DNA from: Mobula hypostoma
Taxonomy: Eukaryota
Direction of reading: 5' to 3'
NCBI RefSeq assembly: GCF_963921235.1
Contig: NC_086097.1
Span: 215,638,001-215,702,000 of the forward strand
DNA: 64,000 bases
Under the pieces are notes generated by a model that was given only the letters and a program-made list of their open reading frames with translations, had not been told where the DNA came from and made no database searches. How positions within the stretch are numbered: position 1 is the first letter of the stretch; every line of letters begins with the position of its first letter. A program made the translations under genes and the position numbers. Of the stretch, positions 1 through 12,215 are shown one piece after another.

Positions 1-814
1 ATAGATTTTGAACTGCATATACCTGATGTTTTAGTAGATTGAACAATTTGCAAATGAGTATTTCTAAAAAGCCTTAAAAATTGTTTTTCATGTTCTGCTT
101 TCACGTCTGGATTCGGTGTATGGGTAAATGTGTGTGTGTAGATTGCAATTTTCAAGTGCATTACTCCTCACAGCCTAGACTGCTTCTTGCTTTCAGCCTC
201 TCGCACTCTCCGGTTGCTGCAGTAACCACCCAATTAGAGATCTCTCTGCCTGATATGCATGCGGGACAGTAATAACATTTAAATAGCTTCTGAAAGAAGC
301 ATAATCAGGATATATAGTTCACTATTATGATTGGGGAGTGGGAAGAACTGGCTTGCTTCTTTAAATGAGTATGGGAAGCATACAATTGAAAGCAGTTCTG
401 CAGCGCAGGGCTGAGTGCTGGTTGATCTCGCTGCTTCCCAGCTGTAATGGTGCATCTCTCACCTTTGCGATGGCACGTGACAATAACCCAATTAATTCAA
501 AACATAATAATTTGCAAGAGCTATGGAGTGACTCAGAAGCAATGATAATCCTTCTACATAAGCAATGGAACACTCACTACTGTTTCTGCAGGGTCTATAT
601 GAGGACCACGGAAAGTAAAAGAACAAAGCAACTGAATAAATATGACTTTAACGGGCTGTCAGCCTGTAGGCCCCAAATCACAACACATATACTCATGATT
701 CTGGGACAAAGGGGAAGGGAACAATCCAAAATTTTTGTTTATCACAAAATTTTCACGCTCAGCCACTCATCAAGAAAAGGGAAATTTATGAACTGAAGAG
801 CGTTTGCTGTGAAA

Positions 815-2400
815 TAGAATCAGAATCAGGTTTATTATCACCGGCATGTGTCGTGAAATTTGTTAAGTTAGAAGAAGCAGTTCAATGCAATATACAATAT
901 AGAAGAAAAATAAATAAATAAATAACTGTTAATCATTTACAGTATATGCATATTGAATACATTAAAAATCATACAAAAACAGAAATTATATATATATATA
1001 AAGTGAGGTAGTGTCCAAGGGTTCAATGTCCATTTAGGAATTGGATGGCAGAGGGGAAGAAGCTGTTCCTGAATCACTGAATGTGTGCCTTCAGGCTTCT
1101 GTATCTCCTACCTGATGTGAGGAAAGGGCATGCCCTGGGTGATGGAGGTCCTTAATAATGGACGCTGCCTTTCTGAGACACTGCTCCTTGAAGGTGTCCT
1201 GGGTAATTTGTAGGCTAGTAGCCAAGATGGAGCCGAATAAATTTACGACTCTCTGCAACTTCTTTAGGTCCTGTGCAGTAGCCACACCCCCTCCCCATAC
1301 CAGACAGTCAGAATACTCTCCACAGTACAGTATAGAAGTTTTTTAGTGTTTTTGTTGACCTGCCAAATCTCTTCAAACTCCCTAATAAAGTATAGTTGCT
1401 GTCTTGCCTTTACAACTGCATCGATATGTTGGGACCGGGTTAGATCCTCAGAGATCCTGACTCTCAGGAACTTGAAACTGCTCACTCTTTCCTCATCTGA
1501 TCCCTCTATGAGGATTGGTATGTTTCCTTCATTTTACCCTTCCTGAAGTCCACAGTCATCGCTTTTGTCTTACTTATGTTGAGTGCGAGGTCGTTGCTGC
1601 GACACCACTCCACTAGTTGGTATATCTCGCTCCTGTACACCCTCTCATCTCCAACTGAGTTTTGCTGATAAAGGTTGTATTATCAGTAAATTTATAGATG
1701 GTATTTGAGCTATGCCTAGCCACACAGTCATGGGTATAGAGAGAGTAGAGCAGTGGGCTAAGCACACGCCCAAGGTGCACCAGTGTTGATCGTCAGCCAG
1801 GAGGAGATGTTATCACCAACCTGCACAGATTGTGGTCTTCTGGTTAGGAAGTTGAAGAACCAATTACAGAGGGAGGTATAGAGGCCCAGGTGGGAATGAT
1901 GGTGTCAAATGCTGAGCTGTAGTCGATGAACAGCATCCTGACATAGGTGTTAATATTGTCTAGGTGGTCTAAGGCTGTGTGATGAGCCATTGAGATTGTG
2001 TCTGCTGTTGACCAATTGTGGCAATAGACAAATTACACTGGGTCCAGGTCCTTGCTGAGGCAGGAGTTCAGTCTACTCATGACCAACCTCTCAAAGCATT
2101 TCATCACTGTAGATGTGAATGCTACTGGGCAATAGTCATTAAGGCAGCTCACATTATTCTTCTTAGGCACTGGTATAATTGTTATCTTTTTGAAGCAAGT
2201 GGGAACTTCTGCCCGTAGCAGTGAGAGGTTGAAAATGTCCTTGAGTACTCCTTCCAGTTGGTTGGCACAGGTTTTCAGAGCCTTACCAGGTACTCCATTG
2301 GGACCTTCTGCCTTGCGAGGGTTCACTCTCTTTAAAGACAGTCTAACATCGGTCTCTGAGACAGAGATCACAGGGTCATCAGGTGCAGCAGGGAGGGATC
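815..2400 (-). mobile_element. Rex1/Babar-type LINE, 5'-truncated (RT fragments, 3' UTR, (GATTCT)n tail)
   Basis: ORF 2033-2371(-) 'VNPRKAEGPNGVPGKALKTCANQL..IIPVPKK..LNDYCPVAFTSTVMKCFERLV' and ORF 1264-1485 'SSFKFLRVRISEDL..RQQLYF' are Rex1-like RT segments. The tail reads agaatcagaatcag on + at about 815-830. Confidence 0.88.
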
Positions 2401-2506
2401 TTCACAGATGCAGCAGATATTTCATTTATATATGTGTGCCTGTGAAGTGTATGCCTTTAGTATGGGAGTAGTGAAGATGTTCTTATGTTTAAGTCTGTTG
2501 TGCTTT

Positions 2507-2544
2507 TGTGTGTGTGTGTGTGTGCATGTGTGTGTGTGTGTGTG
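2507..2544. repeat. (TG)n microsatellite
   Basis: Direct inspection; one CA interruption. Confidence 0.95.
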
Positions 2545-3169
2545 CGCACTGGTGATTATGGAAAGTACTTTGATCCACAGTATATTATTGATACTGGTGT
2601 GAAATATTTGTCAGTGTTTAATTGAAAATGTTGCTGCAGAACAAGGAAAAGTAAAAGCAGAGTCATCTCGAATATGACTAAAACAAGTGTGGCCTTGGTC
2701 TTGATCTCCGCATCAAGGCTCCATTCCCCTGCCATGCATGAAGAATAAGAGCTAGGGAAACATCTCATGAATGGCAGTTGCTGACACAAAATGTCACGAT
2801 ACTGTTGTCAAGGAGTGGGCAGCTTATAAATATTGGTAAATTCTACTGTAACTAAACGAGTGCCGGAAGTATTTCTCATGGGCCAGTAAGATTGCTGGAG
2901 AACTCTGCCACGACTGATAGACAGTTGAACAGTGTGCTGAAGGTAAGACGGTACGAGTCAAATAAAACCAAAAATATCACAGGCAGTCCTTCCTCGTCGA
3001 TGTGGGTTGGGGTCAGTGATCACACTTTTCTTTGTACTGTATTTTGAACTTTGGATGGGCTGCCTTAGTTGGCTATCCCCGCAAAATGTCACTTTGAGCT
3101 TCTGAGTGGATTCGTGCCACAGTGATTCCTCCGTCTTCCTGCAAAAGTGTGCAGAACATAGCAGGCCTT

Positions 3170-3735
3170 GGTTGGTCAGGGTCGACCATGAATATTGCTC
3201 CCTAGTTGTCTAGATACACAAGCCTGGGCAGTACGATATGGAGAGCAAACTGTTGCGCGTGTAGCAAGGTCCCCCTCTCCACGTATCTGATGAACCCAAA
3301 GGAATGGCAGAGACTGATACAGTTTAGTACCAGTAGCATTTGGCGGGGGGGAGTTGCCAGTCAACACTGAACTCAACATGGGACTCTGTTAGGGGCCTGA
3401 GGTCTGGATATTTCCCTTGGGGTTTACTTCCAAAACTTTTCCCATGAGTGGGTATAGCCACGAGGCAGCAGAAGTTTGAGATCAGAACTTTCCTTCTATA
3501 TGAGCTACCAACCACGACTGACAAGCCCCATCTGCATAAAGCAACTGGTTTTAAGGCACCAGTAACCCGCCTTTCCCCTTCTCCTGTCAGTAGAAACGAC
3601 TTTGCTGGGCCTAGTAGTTAAGCCACACGTGAAGGCCAGGAGCCGGACTTGGTTGTCAGAGGCTATTTGAGTCGCACGCCACTGGGAGCATTTAATAAGT
3701 AGTGGGTGCTTATCCCCATGACCATCCCCACAACT
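3170..3735 (-). mobile_element. Non-autonomous RTE-related element (5'UTR-like segment plus short tail, no ORF)
   Basis: The minus strand contains 'ggttggtagctcatatagaggaaagttctgatctcaaac', which resembles a block I recall from RTE-clade 5' UTRs. No coding capacity. Confidence 0.55.
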
Positions 3736-3771
3736 TAAGGAACCAGGGCTGCCGAAGTATTTGCAGTTGTA

Positions 3772-4072
3772 GACAGAGTGGCCAAGTGGTTAATGCATTG
3801 GACTAGTGACCTAAAGGTTGTGAGTTCGAGCCCCAGCCGAGGCAACGTGTTGTGTCCTTGAGCAAGGCACTTAACCACACGTTGCTCTGCGACGACACCG
3901 GTGCCAAGCTGTATGGGTCCTAATGCCCTTCCCTTGGACAACATTGGTGTCGTGGAGAGGGGAGACTTGCAGCATGGGCAACTGCTGGTCTTCCATACAA
4001 CCTTGCCCAGGCCCTGGAGAGTGAAGACTTTCCAGGAGCAGATCCATGGTCTCACAAGACTAACGGATGCCT
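3772..4072 (+). mobile_element. tRNA-derived SINE with CORE-like central domain and RTE-like tail
   Basis: A box TGGCCAAGTGG 3779-3789; B box GTTCGAGCC 3824-3832; CORE-like 'tgtgtccttgagcaaggcacttaacc'; tail 'atccatggtctcacaagactaacggatgcc'. Possible TSD agacaga at 3771 and 4075. Confidence 0.8.
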
Positions 4073-4077
4073 TAAGA

Positions 4078-4270
4078 CAGAAAATGCTGGAAACACTCAG
4101 CAGATCAGGCAGGATCTGTGGGAAATGAAACAGAGTTAATATTTCCAGTCAAGAACCTTCATCAGAACTGGGATGTTATTTAAGCTCCCAGTTCTGGGAG
4201 CCGAAATATTATTCTGATTTCTTTGTTCACAAATACTTTCTAACCTGCTGACTGCTCCCAGCATTTTATA
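4078..4270. mobile_element. Penelope-derived fold-back element (old copy)
   Basis: Arms 'aaaatgctggaaacactcagcag' and 'ctgctgactgctcccagcatttt'. Minus-strand CTGATGA...GAAA at about 4142-4166. Confidence 0.7.
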
Positions 4271-4669
4271 AATTTCAATTTTCAGTGGGTTCTATTGATT
4301 TTCATGTTTGTTTTTTTCCACCTCCTAAACCTTTATTTTGATGACTGGACTTCATAGATGAGCATTTCTGCATGTAGAACCGAGCCTAGAGAGCACAGTT
4401 CCTCCAATTCCTGTCAGAGTGTCAGCCAGTCCAGCACACGCTATTACATTGTCTCCAGAAGGTGAGTACTGCCTGCAACTGATAGTCTGGCACATTCAGT
4501 GCCAACAACCAAAGATGAATCAGTAATGTTCTCATCCATTAAAGCAACCTTTTTGAGAATGACTTTATATGGGGCCCGACTAATGTGAGCAATTTTAAAA
4601 CTGGTCTGGTGGAAACCAGAAAAGTGATTAGGTAAAAGTGACCAACTTACTCAGCTGTAAGACATCTGT

Positions 4670-5300
4670 AGAGTCACGGAGTAAAACAGCATGGAAACAG
4701 GACAAACTGGTCCATGCTAACCAAAGCATTATCCCTGCTAGTCCAAGTTGTCTGTGTTTGGCCAGTTATTCCCAGGACCCTCCCCTTGATGTCCCTGTCT
4801 AAATGCCTCGTAGATGTTGCAGCTCTGTTTGCCTTAACCACTTCTTGTCTTAACCTGCTCTTTCCAGGTTCTGACTACCTTCTATGTAAAGGAGTTATTC
4901 TTGGATCTCGTTTAAATCTTGTATATGTGTCCTCTAGTTTTGGACTCCCCAATCCTGGGGCAAAGACCATGGCCTTCCACATTATTCATGCCCTATTATT
5001 TTAAAAAACTTCTATGATGTTACTCTTTATTCTTCCATCCTCCAGTGAATGAAGATCCAGCATGGACAACCTCTCCCTAGAATGTGTGCAAGATCCTTGT
5101 AAATTCCTTCTGCACCCTCTACTGCTTGACAACGTCTCCCCTATAACAGCGTGACCAAAGTTGTACACAATTTCCCCAAAACTTGATGACCTGACTAACG
5201 AGGCTACAGTGCTAAATACCTTCTTCACCACACTGCCCTTCACTTTCAGTGAACTGTGTACTTGTATTCCTAAATCCCCTTCAGGAATCTTATTTTCCAA
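4670..5300 (-). mobile_element. Degenerate CR1 LINE 3' fragment
   Basis: ORF 5001-5300(-) 'DLGIQVHSSLKV..RERLSMLDLHSLE..IIEVF' matches the CR1 ORF2 C-terminus seen in other copies here. Confidence 0.7.
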
Positions 5301-5388
5301 CCTTTAAGTCGGTAGCTGAGACAATCAGCAAAGGGTATGAGAGTGCTTTTTACAGATACGTCTGAAAGTTACATAAACTAGCAAGAAA

Positions 5389-5582
5389 CATACTCAAAAC
5401 GCTGGAGGAACTCAGCAGGCCAGGCAGCATCTATGGAAAAAAGTACAGTTGACTTTTGGTAGGTTTTGGTCCGAAGAGTTGACTGTAATTTTTTCCACAG
5501 ATGCTGTCTGGCCTGCTGAGTTCCTCCAACATTTTGGGTGTGCTGCTCGGATTTCCAGCATCTGCAGATTTTCTCTTGTTTG
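5389..5582. mobile_element. Penelope-derived fold-back element with 15-bp TSD
   Basis: Inverted arms of about 65 bp. TSD taaactagcaagaaa at 5374-5388 and 5583-5597. Confidence 0.85.
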
Positions 5583-8099
5583 TAAACTAGCAAGAAAATG
5601 GTTGGACCCAGATGACATCCATACGAATGCTTCTCTTCACCCTTCTTATGGGGCTCTGAGACATCAGAGTCTCTCCAATGAATCTCAACAGTAAAAGCTT
5701 TGACCACCCTACTGATGGCCTTTCATGAGCTGGTTTCCAAGGATGATCAATTCCACTAAACACCATCATCTCCCTGCTGCTTCATTTCATTCTTGAAGGG
5801 TGCTAGCGACAAAATCTCATTTCTCCTGGGAGTTTGCATACTACACCCTGGAAGTGTTACATGCCATTCAGGTTAGCCTGCAATAATCCTAGGGCCAAAT
5901 TCATGAATGTGTTAAATTAATTGATAGATTTTAAATGAGTCGAAATTAGTCAAACTTCAATTCTACCACAAACTTGGAGATTTTCAGCTTGCTGCCCGTC
6001 AATCGGGAATAAAATTGTGGCCCGCATAATATTCCAAAAATTGTACAAAACAAGCAACCTCAAGACATCATTGTTCCTATATCGTCATAAAAACTAATGT
6101 GCTGTTATTTTGTGAAACAATTAGCTTGCATTATTTAATTTAAAATCTCTGATCGCTTGTTCTCATTAAAAATTCCCATCTGTCATACTATATTACAAAT
6201 TCCAATCTGTCCTTATCACATTACAGTATCCTCCCAACCCCCAGCACCTCCCACCCTCTCCCTTCCCCCACCAATGCCACCCCATCCGAATCTGTCATCC
6301 GTTCATTAAAAAGCCGCCTTTGCAGTTGTACATAGTAGCATCCATTTCAGGAGAGTTTATGCCATGTTCAGATTACACTTTCTATATGTCCAGCAAAGGC
6401 CCTGAGTTTGTCATAAGCATTTTGCAGCTAAACATTCCATGTATTTTTGTATTATAGAATTATACCATGTCCTGTATGTTTGAATTTTTTTGGATTATTT
6501 TTATATCTGAAACTAAATAGTTCACAGATAGCGAAGTATCAATATTCAGTATATCTTTAAGCTTGAAGAATGATTGCTTCATATTTCTGTTTCATAATCA
6601 AGAATTTTCAGCATTTATAAACTTCAATGATTATTACTATCAATATTGTCATCGGTTTCAAAAGAGGGATAATAAAAAAACTGATTTAATGGGGAACAAG
6701 GCCATCCTATCCTCACAACAAGTTAAAGGAGCTCGTGGTACTCGGAATTCCATATTTACTGACAATCCTATCCTACAAATGATCCTTTTCTAATTATCAG
6801 TAAACAGCAGGTTACTTTTGATATCTGCGAGTTATAACTCGTGTGCTGCAATGCGCTATTTTACCCAGTGGGGATCATGGGAGTTTAAATGCGTTAAAAT
6901 AGAACACAAATGAAGAACCAATGGGAGCACACCTGCTGTAATGCCACTAAGCCCCTTGTTGAGCTGCTAATGATGCACTTAATGAACTGAAATTTTAAAA
7001 CAACTTTGTAAATGCTGTCTCTGGTGCTTTGTCTTCTGATTGGCTTATCAAGGGTGTGGTAAATCTAACATAGTCACAAGGCCTTGCATTCACACAGCTC
7101 CTTAGAAAAACACTTATATTTTATTCTACTAAAATATTCCACCCTCTGTTAAAATGATTTCAAATTCAATCTTTGCTGTTAGTTTAATGAGGCTTATCAT
7201 CAACTCCAATATGCTTATTCACCAACTATTGGACAGGGACTATATTATTTTTAAAGATGGAGAGAAGCAAATCATCTCCTATGTTTCAAGAGTCTTCGCA
7301 AGTTATTGGTGGAAGTTTTTGCATACCATTGCACAGAATTAGTAATCCTGATGTACTTCAGAGAATAGGTCTATCTGCAAACCCCAAGGCCGCAACGTGC
7401 TGTCAAGAATGAGCATAATGTCAATCGGAATATCTAGACGGGTGTTATTCATGGAACGAATAAAAAAGAAGCAACATTGTCAGTTTTACTGTACCTGAAT
7501 GGAACAGCTGCAAAATAACTAATCAAGATTTTGGTGATTTTTCCACAAGCTCATGCTGTCATATGGACATTAAAGAAAATAATGCTGAAATAATATTATT
7601 TGGGTTGTAAATTGACACCCTGTGTTACAGAATCTATATGTTCTTCACTGATTTGTGTTTCAGTATCAACTCAATTGTATTATATGAAGACTAAAATGAA
7701 ATCACTGCCTAATTTACTGATCCTAAAGTTAAACTAATGTTAATACTGAACGAAACAACAGTTCTCTTGTGGTCCAGTTGCCAGTTCATTTATCTTAGCT
7801 TCTTTGCTACAGCAGCTGAAGGAGAAATTTCAGATGAACGCATTAACTTTCACAGGAGATTGCCCCGTGGCCCCGATCTTTGAAAACATTTTTTGTCATG
7901 CATAATTACATCATTGAAAATCAAAATAGTAGTCCACAGGTCAGAGAAATGTTGACGGTGCAGAATCCAGCCGTTTTCCACAGAGAAAAGCTGAGCAATT
8001 ATTTACAGCCATGGTTGTGTAAAATTAGTTATGCTAGCAATTTCTGTGCTTACCTCTGAAAGTAAATTTGACACATTACAACTTTTAAATATACCTGAT

Positions 8100-8412
8100 G
8101 CTCAGATACCAGATAGGAGGAAAAGACTCAAGGATGTGCCCCAGCTGGCCTTTGTGGAGCTCTGGCTCATGACACCTCAAACTGAAGAAGGAGCTCAGCG
8201 ATGGAACTGAAAGCCATGCATCAGTGAGCACTCAGAGACGCTGCATAGATGGTGGAAGGAGCAGATCATCACATAAAATATCCGCCCAGCTGCTGAAGCC
8301 TGTCCTAATCTGCGTAGGAGTCTGTATTTCCCATACTGGCCTCATCAACCATCTCCGAACCCATAAAGCCCAGAGTGGGAGCAAGTCATCTCAATTCTGG
8401 GAGACTACCTGA
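8100..8412 (+). mobile_element. Degenerate RTE-clade LINE 3' end
   Basis: ORF 8224-8412 contains 'ICVGVCISHTGLINHLRTH', a decayed C-terminal C2H2-like motif, followed by an RTE-type tail. Confidence 0.55.
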
Positions 8413-8849
8413 GGGAGAAAGAGATTACAGTGATAATCAAATATGTGTCAATGATAACATGTACCTTCTGATTAACCTGAAGTGCATGTGCACAGAATTG
8501 TTGGCATCGTAATCTTACTCAGATTTTATGGGTCTCTATGATACCACTCTTCTTCTGTCAATACTTGTTATTTCAGATACAGATACTATTCACGTTATTT
8601 AGGTTAACAGATGGACTAGACACCGAGACAGTGTTGGCTGCAAGGTGAGCACTTGCTATCTGGGTAACTGGCATATTGTCCCGTTAACTCAGTGCTCCAT
8701 TTCCTTTATAAGCATGTGTTTATTTGCTTTCACTGTCTGCACCCTCCTTTTCCTTCTGCCACAGTAGCTCCAGCTGCTCTGTGGGAAGTGCAAAGCTGAA
8801 GAATTTAGTGTGTAATTCCCTTAATTAGCAAGCTATTCACAGAAACTCC

Positions 8850-9445
8850 ATTTTGTTCCCTCCGCCATCCGATTTCCGAATGGACAATGAACCCACGATC
8901 ACCACCTCACTATTTCTTTCTCTTTTTTTTTGGCTCTCTTTTTGCATGACTTACTTAATTTAATTTTGTATATATATTTCCCCACCCCCCAGGACATGTC
9001 CTCTTCTCATTGTTACCATCGGGAAGGAAGTACAGAAGCCTGAAGGCACACACTCAGTGACTCAAAAACAGCTTCTTTCCCTCTGCCATTTGATTTCTAA
9101 ATGGACATTGAACCCTTTTTTTTTATCTTCTATTTCTACCTTTTTATCACTACCTTTATTTCTGTTTTTTTGCACTACTTATTTTAACTAACTAATAAAC
9201 ATATATATTCTCAACGTAATGCAGTTTTATTTCTCTCTATTTATTTATCGTGTATTTCATTGTACCGCTGCCGTAAAGTTAACAAATTTCATGACATATG
9301 CCAGTGATATTAAACCTGATGCTGATTCTGAACTCTTATTAGAATTTATAGTTTTTTGTTATTATCTGTTGCAAAGTTACCGCTGCTGCAAAACAACAAA
9401 TTTCACAACACGTTCCAGTGAACTTAAACCTGCCTCTGATTCTGA
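8850..9445 (+). mobile_element. Two nested Rex1/Babar-type 3' ends
   Basis: The same 3' UTR as the 815-1150 copy, in reverse orientation. Tails end 'aaacctgatgctgattctga' (about 9330) and 'aaacctgcctctgattctga' (about 9445). Confidence 0.75.
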
Positions 9446-9904
9446 GCTCCAGCCTGGTGAGTACTCTGGTCTCTATCATCTTTAGCTGTGGCCATGGTTT
9501 AAACTTGGGGTAAGGATCTAGTAGGCAGGAACCGAGAACCTTTCACCCTCAAACCATGTTGCTGTCTGCACCAGTCATAATTCACTGATTAATGTTGGCA
9601 GCAGATGATGGTTTGGTAGCACTGACAAGCAACTGAAGAATAATTTGTGGATGGAGATTGATGTGGTCTTGTCATTGTCCGGATTGTCACTGAGGCAGGG
9701 AAAACTTTCCTTGTGACATCCAGTGGAGCATTCCCTTAACTCCATCAATGTCAGCTTTTTACTGTATATTTACTTGGTATTTTGTTATTTTAAGGATTTT
9801 CTCTCAAATTCTTGCTCCATGGGGATGAACTAAGTTTGATCCCACCTCCCCTGTCTCTCTGACTTCAGGAATTTCAATTTTTCAGGTAAACAGTTACCAG
9901 ACAT

Positions 9905-10133
9905 CACACTCAAAATGCTGGAGGAGTTCAGCAGGCCAGGCAGCATCTATGGAAAAAAGTACGGTCAACACTTCAGGCCGAGACCCTCCTTAGTCCTGCT
10001 GAAGAATCTCGGCCCGAAATGTCGACTCTAGCTTTTTCCATAGATGTTGCCTGGCCTGCTGAGTTCCTCCAGAATATTGTGTGAGTTGCTCGGATTTCCA
10101 GCATCTGCAGATTTTCTCTTGTTTGTGATTGAA
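9905..10133. mobile_element. Penelope-derived fold-back element with 11-bp TSD and decayed hammerhead motif
   Basis: Inverted arms of about 85 bp. TSD ttaccagacat at 9894-9904 and 10134-10144. Motif AGTC-CTGCTGA..CCC-GAAAT-GTC-GACT at 9992-10027. Confidence 0.85.
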
Positions 10134-10284
10134 TTACCAGACATGCCTTCTTTCTTCTTGAAATAACATCCTTTCCAAATCACAATTTAAATAAATCAGT
10201 CACTGCAAATGTTTTAATGAAAACAATTGGGGTTGTTATAGTAAACTGAAAATCAGATTCAGAAATAGAATCACACACACATAG

Positions 10285-11899
10285 GTTGATGTTCTGGAGC
10301 ATGTTGATATTAAGGGAGAGGAGGTGTTGGAGTTGTTAAAATACATTAGGACAGATAAGTCCCCGGGGCCTGATGGAATATCCCCCAGGCTGCTCCATGA
10401 GGTGAGGGAAGAGATTGCTGAGCCTCTGGCTAGGATCTTTATGTCCTCGTTGTCCACGGGAATGGTGCCGGAGGATTGGAGGGAGGCGAATGTTGTCCCC
10501 TTGTTCAAAAAAGGTAGTAGGGATAGTCCGGGTAATTACAGACCAGTGAGCCTTATGTCTGTGGTGGGAAAGCTGTTGGAAAAGATTCTTAGAGATAGGA
10601 TCTATAGGCATTTAGAGAATCATGGTCTGATCAGGGACAGTCAGCATGGCTTTGTGAAGGGCAGATCATGTCTAACAAGCCTGATAGAGTTCTTTGAGGA
10701 GGTGACCAGGCATATAGATGAGGGTAGTGCAGTGGATGTGATCTACGTGGATTTTAGTAAGGCATTTGACAAGGTTCCACACGGTAGGCTTATTCAGAAA
10801 GTCAGAAGGCATGGGATCCAGGTGGCCAGGTGGATTCAGAATTGGCTTGCCTGAAGAAGGCAGAGGGTGGTGGTGGAGGGAGTACATTCATATTGGAGGA
10901 TTGTGACTAGTGGTGTCCCACACGGATCTGTTCTGGGACCTCTACTTTTCATTTTTATTAACAACCTGGATGTCGGGGTAGAAGGGTGGGTTGGCAAGTT
11001 TGCAGATGACACAAAGGTTGGTGGTGTGGTAGATAGTGTAGAGGATTGTCAAAGATTGCAGAGAGACATTGATAGGATGCAGAAGTGGGCTGAGAAGTGG
11101 CAGATGGAGTTCAACCCGGAGAAGTGTGAGGTGGTACACTTTGAAAGGACAAACTCCAAGGCAGAGTACAAAGTAAATGGCAGGGTACTTGGTAGTGTGG
11201 AGGAGCAGAGGGATCTCGGGGTACATGTCCACAGATCCCTGAAAGTTGCCTCACAGGTGGATAGGGTAGTTAAGAAAGCTTATGGGGTGTTAGCTTTCAT
11301 AAATCGAGGGATAGAGTTTAACAGTCACGATGTAATGATGCAGCTCTATGAAACTCTGGTTAGGCCACACTTGGAGTATTGTGTCCAGTTCTGGTCACCT
11401 CACTATAGGAAGGATGTGGAAGCATTGGAAAGGGTACAGAGGAGATTTACCAGGATGCTGCCTGGTTTAGAAAGTATGCATTATGATCAGAGATTAAGGG
11501 AGCTAGGGCTTTACTCTTTTGAGAGAAGGAGGATGAAAGGAGACATGATAGAGGTGTACAAGATAATAAGAGGAATAGATAGAGTGGATAGCCAGCGCCT
11601 CTTCCCCAGGGCATCACTGCTCAATACAAGAGGACATGGCTTTAAGGTAAGGGGTAGGAAGTTCAAGGGGGATATTAGAGGAAGGTGTTTTACTCAGAGA
11701 GTGGTTGGTGCATGGAATGCACTGCCTGAGTCAGTGGTGGAGGCAGATACACTAGTGAAGTTTAAGAGACTACTAGACAGGTATGTGGAGGAAATTAAGG
11801 TGGGGGCTTATATGGGAGGCAGGGTTTGAGGGTCAGCACATTGTGGGCCAAAGGGCCTGTACTGTGCTGTACTATTCTATGTTCTGTGTTCTATGTTCT
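10285..11899 (+). mobile_element. Young 5'-truncated CR1 LINE (RT domain, one premature stop)
   Basis: ORFs 10324-10854 and 10867-11829 are in the same frame, separated by one TGA. Motifs KSPGPDG, NYRPVSL, QHGF, DFSKAFDKV, GVPHGSVLGP, FADDTK. Tail of (ttctatg)-type repeats. Confidence 0.95.
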
Positions 11900-12020
11900 A
11901 AGATATTCTGCAGATGCTGGAAATCTCAAGTAGCATGCACGAAATGCTGGAGGAACACAGCAGGTCAGGTAACATCTATGGAGAGGAATAAAGAGTGAAT
12001 GTTTTGAGCCAAAACCGCTC
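11900..12020 (-). mobile_element. Penelope-derived fragment
   Basis: 'ctgcagatgctggaaatc..aaatgctggaggaacacagcaggtcagg', the same family as 26537-26674. Confidence 0.75.
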
Positions 12021-12027
12021 AAAAAAC

Positions 12028-12215
12028 AGATTTATTACCTCCGGCATATGTCATGAAATTTGTTGTTTTGCAACAGTAGTACAGTGAGATATATAAAAAT
12101 TGCTATAGGTTACAATAAGAAATAATAAATAAATAAACAAATAAATAAGTAGATAGTGCAAAAAGAGAGCAAATGGAGAGGTTCTGCTCATGGGTTCATG
12201 GACTGATCAGAAATA
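12028..12215 (-). mobile_element. Rex1/Babar-type 3' UTR fragment
   Basis: 'tttattacctccggcatatgtcatgaaatttgtt' matches 830-865. Confidence 0.75.

Noticed and set aside
365..796. 143-aa ORF as a host gene
   Set aside because: No recognisable domain or coding-like composition; consistent with a chance ORF.
3285..3320. Hammerhead motif at CTGATGA (about 3287)
   Set aside because: No GAAA or closing stem II follows.
3772..3845. tRNA gene
   Set aside because: Continues into a SINE body and tail, with no proper acceptor stem or terminator.
5389..10133. Fold-back elements as miRNA genes, terminators or MITEs
   Set aside because: They match the Penelope 3' region at 60900-61020 and have variable long TSDs and unequal arms.
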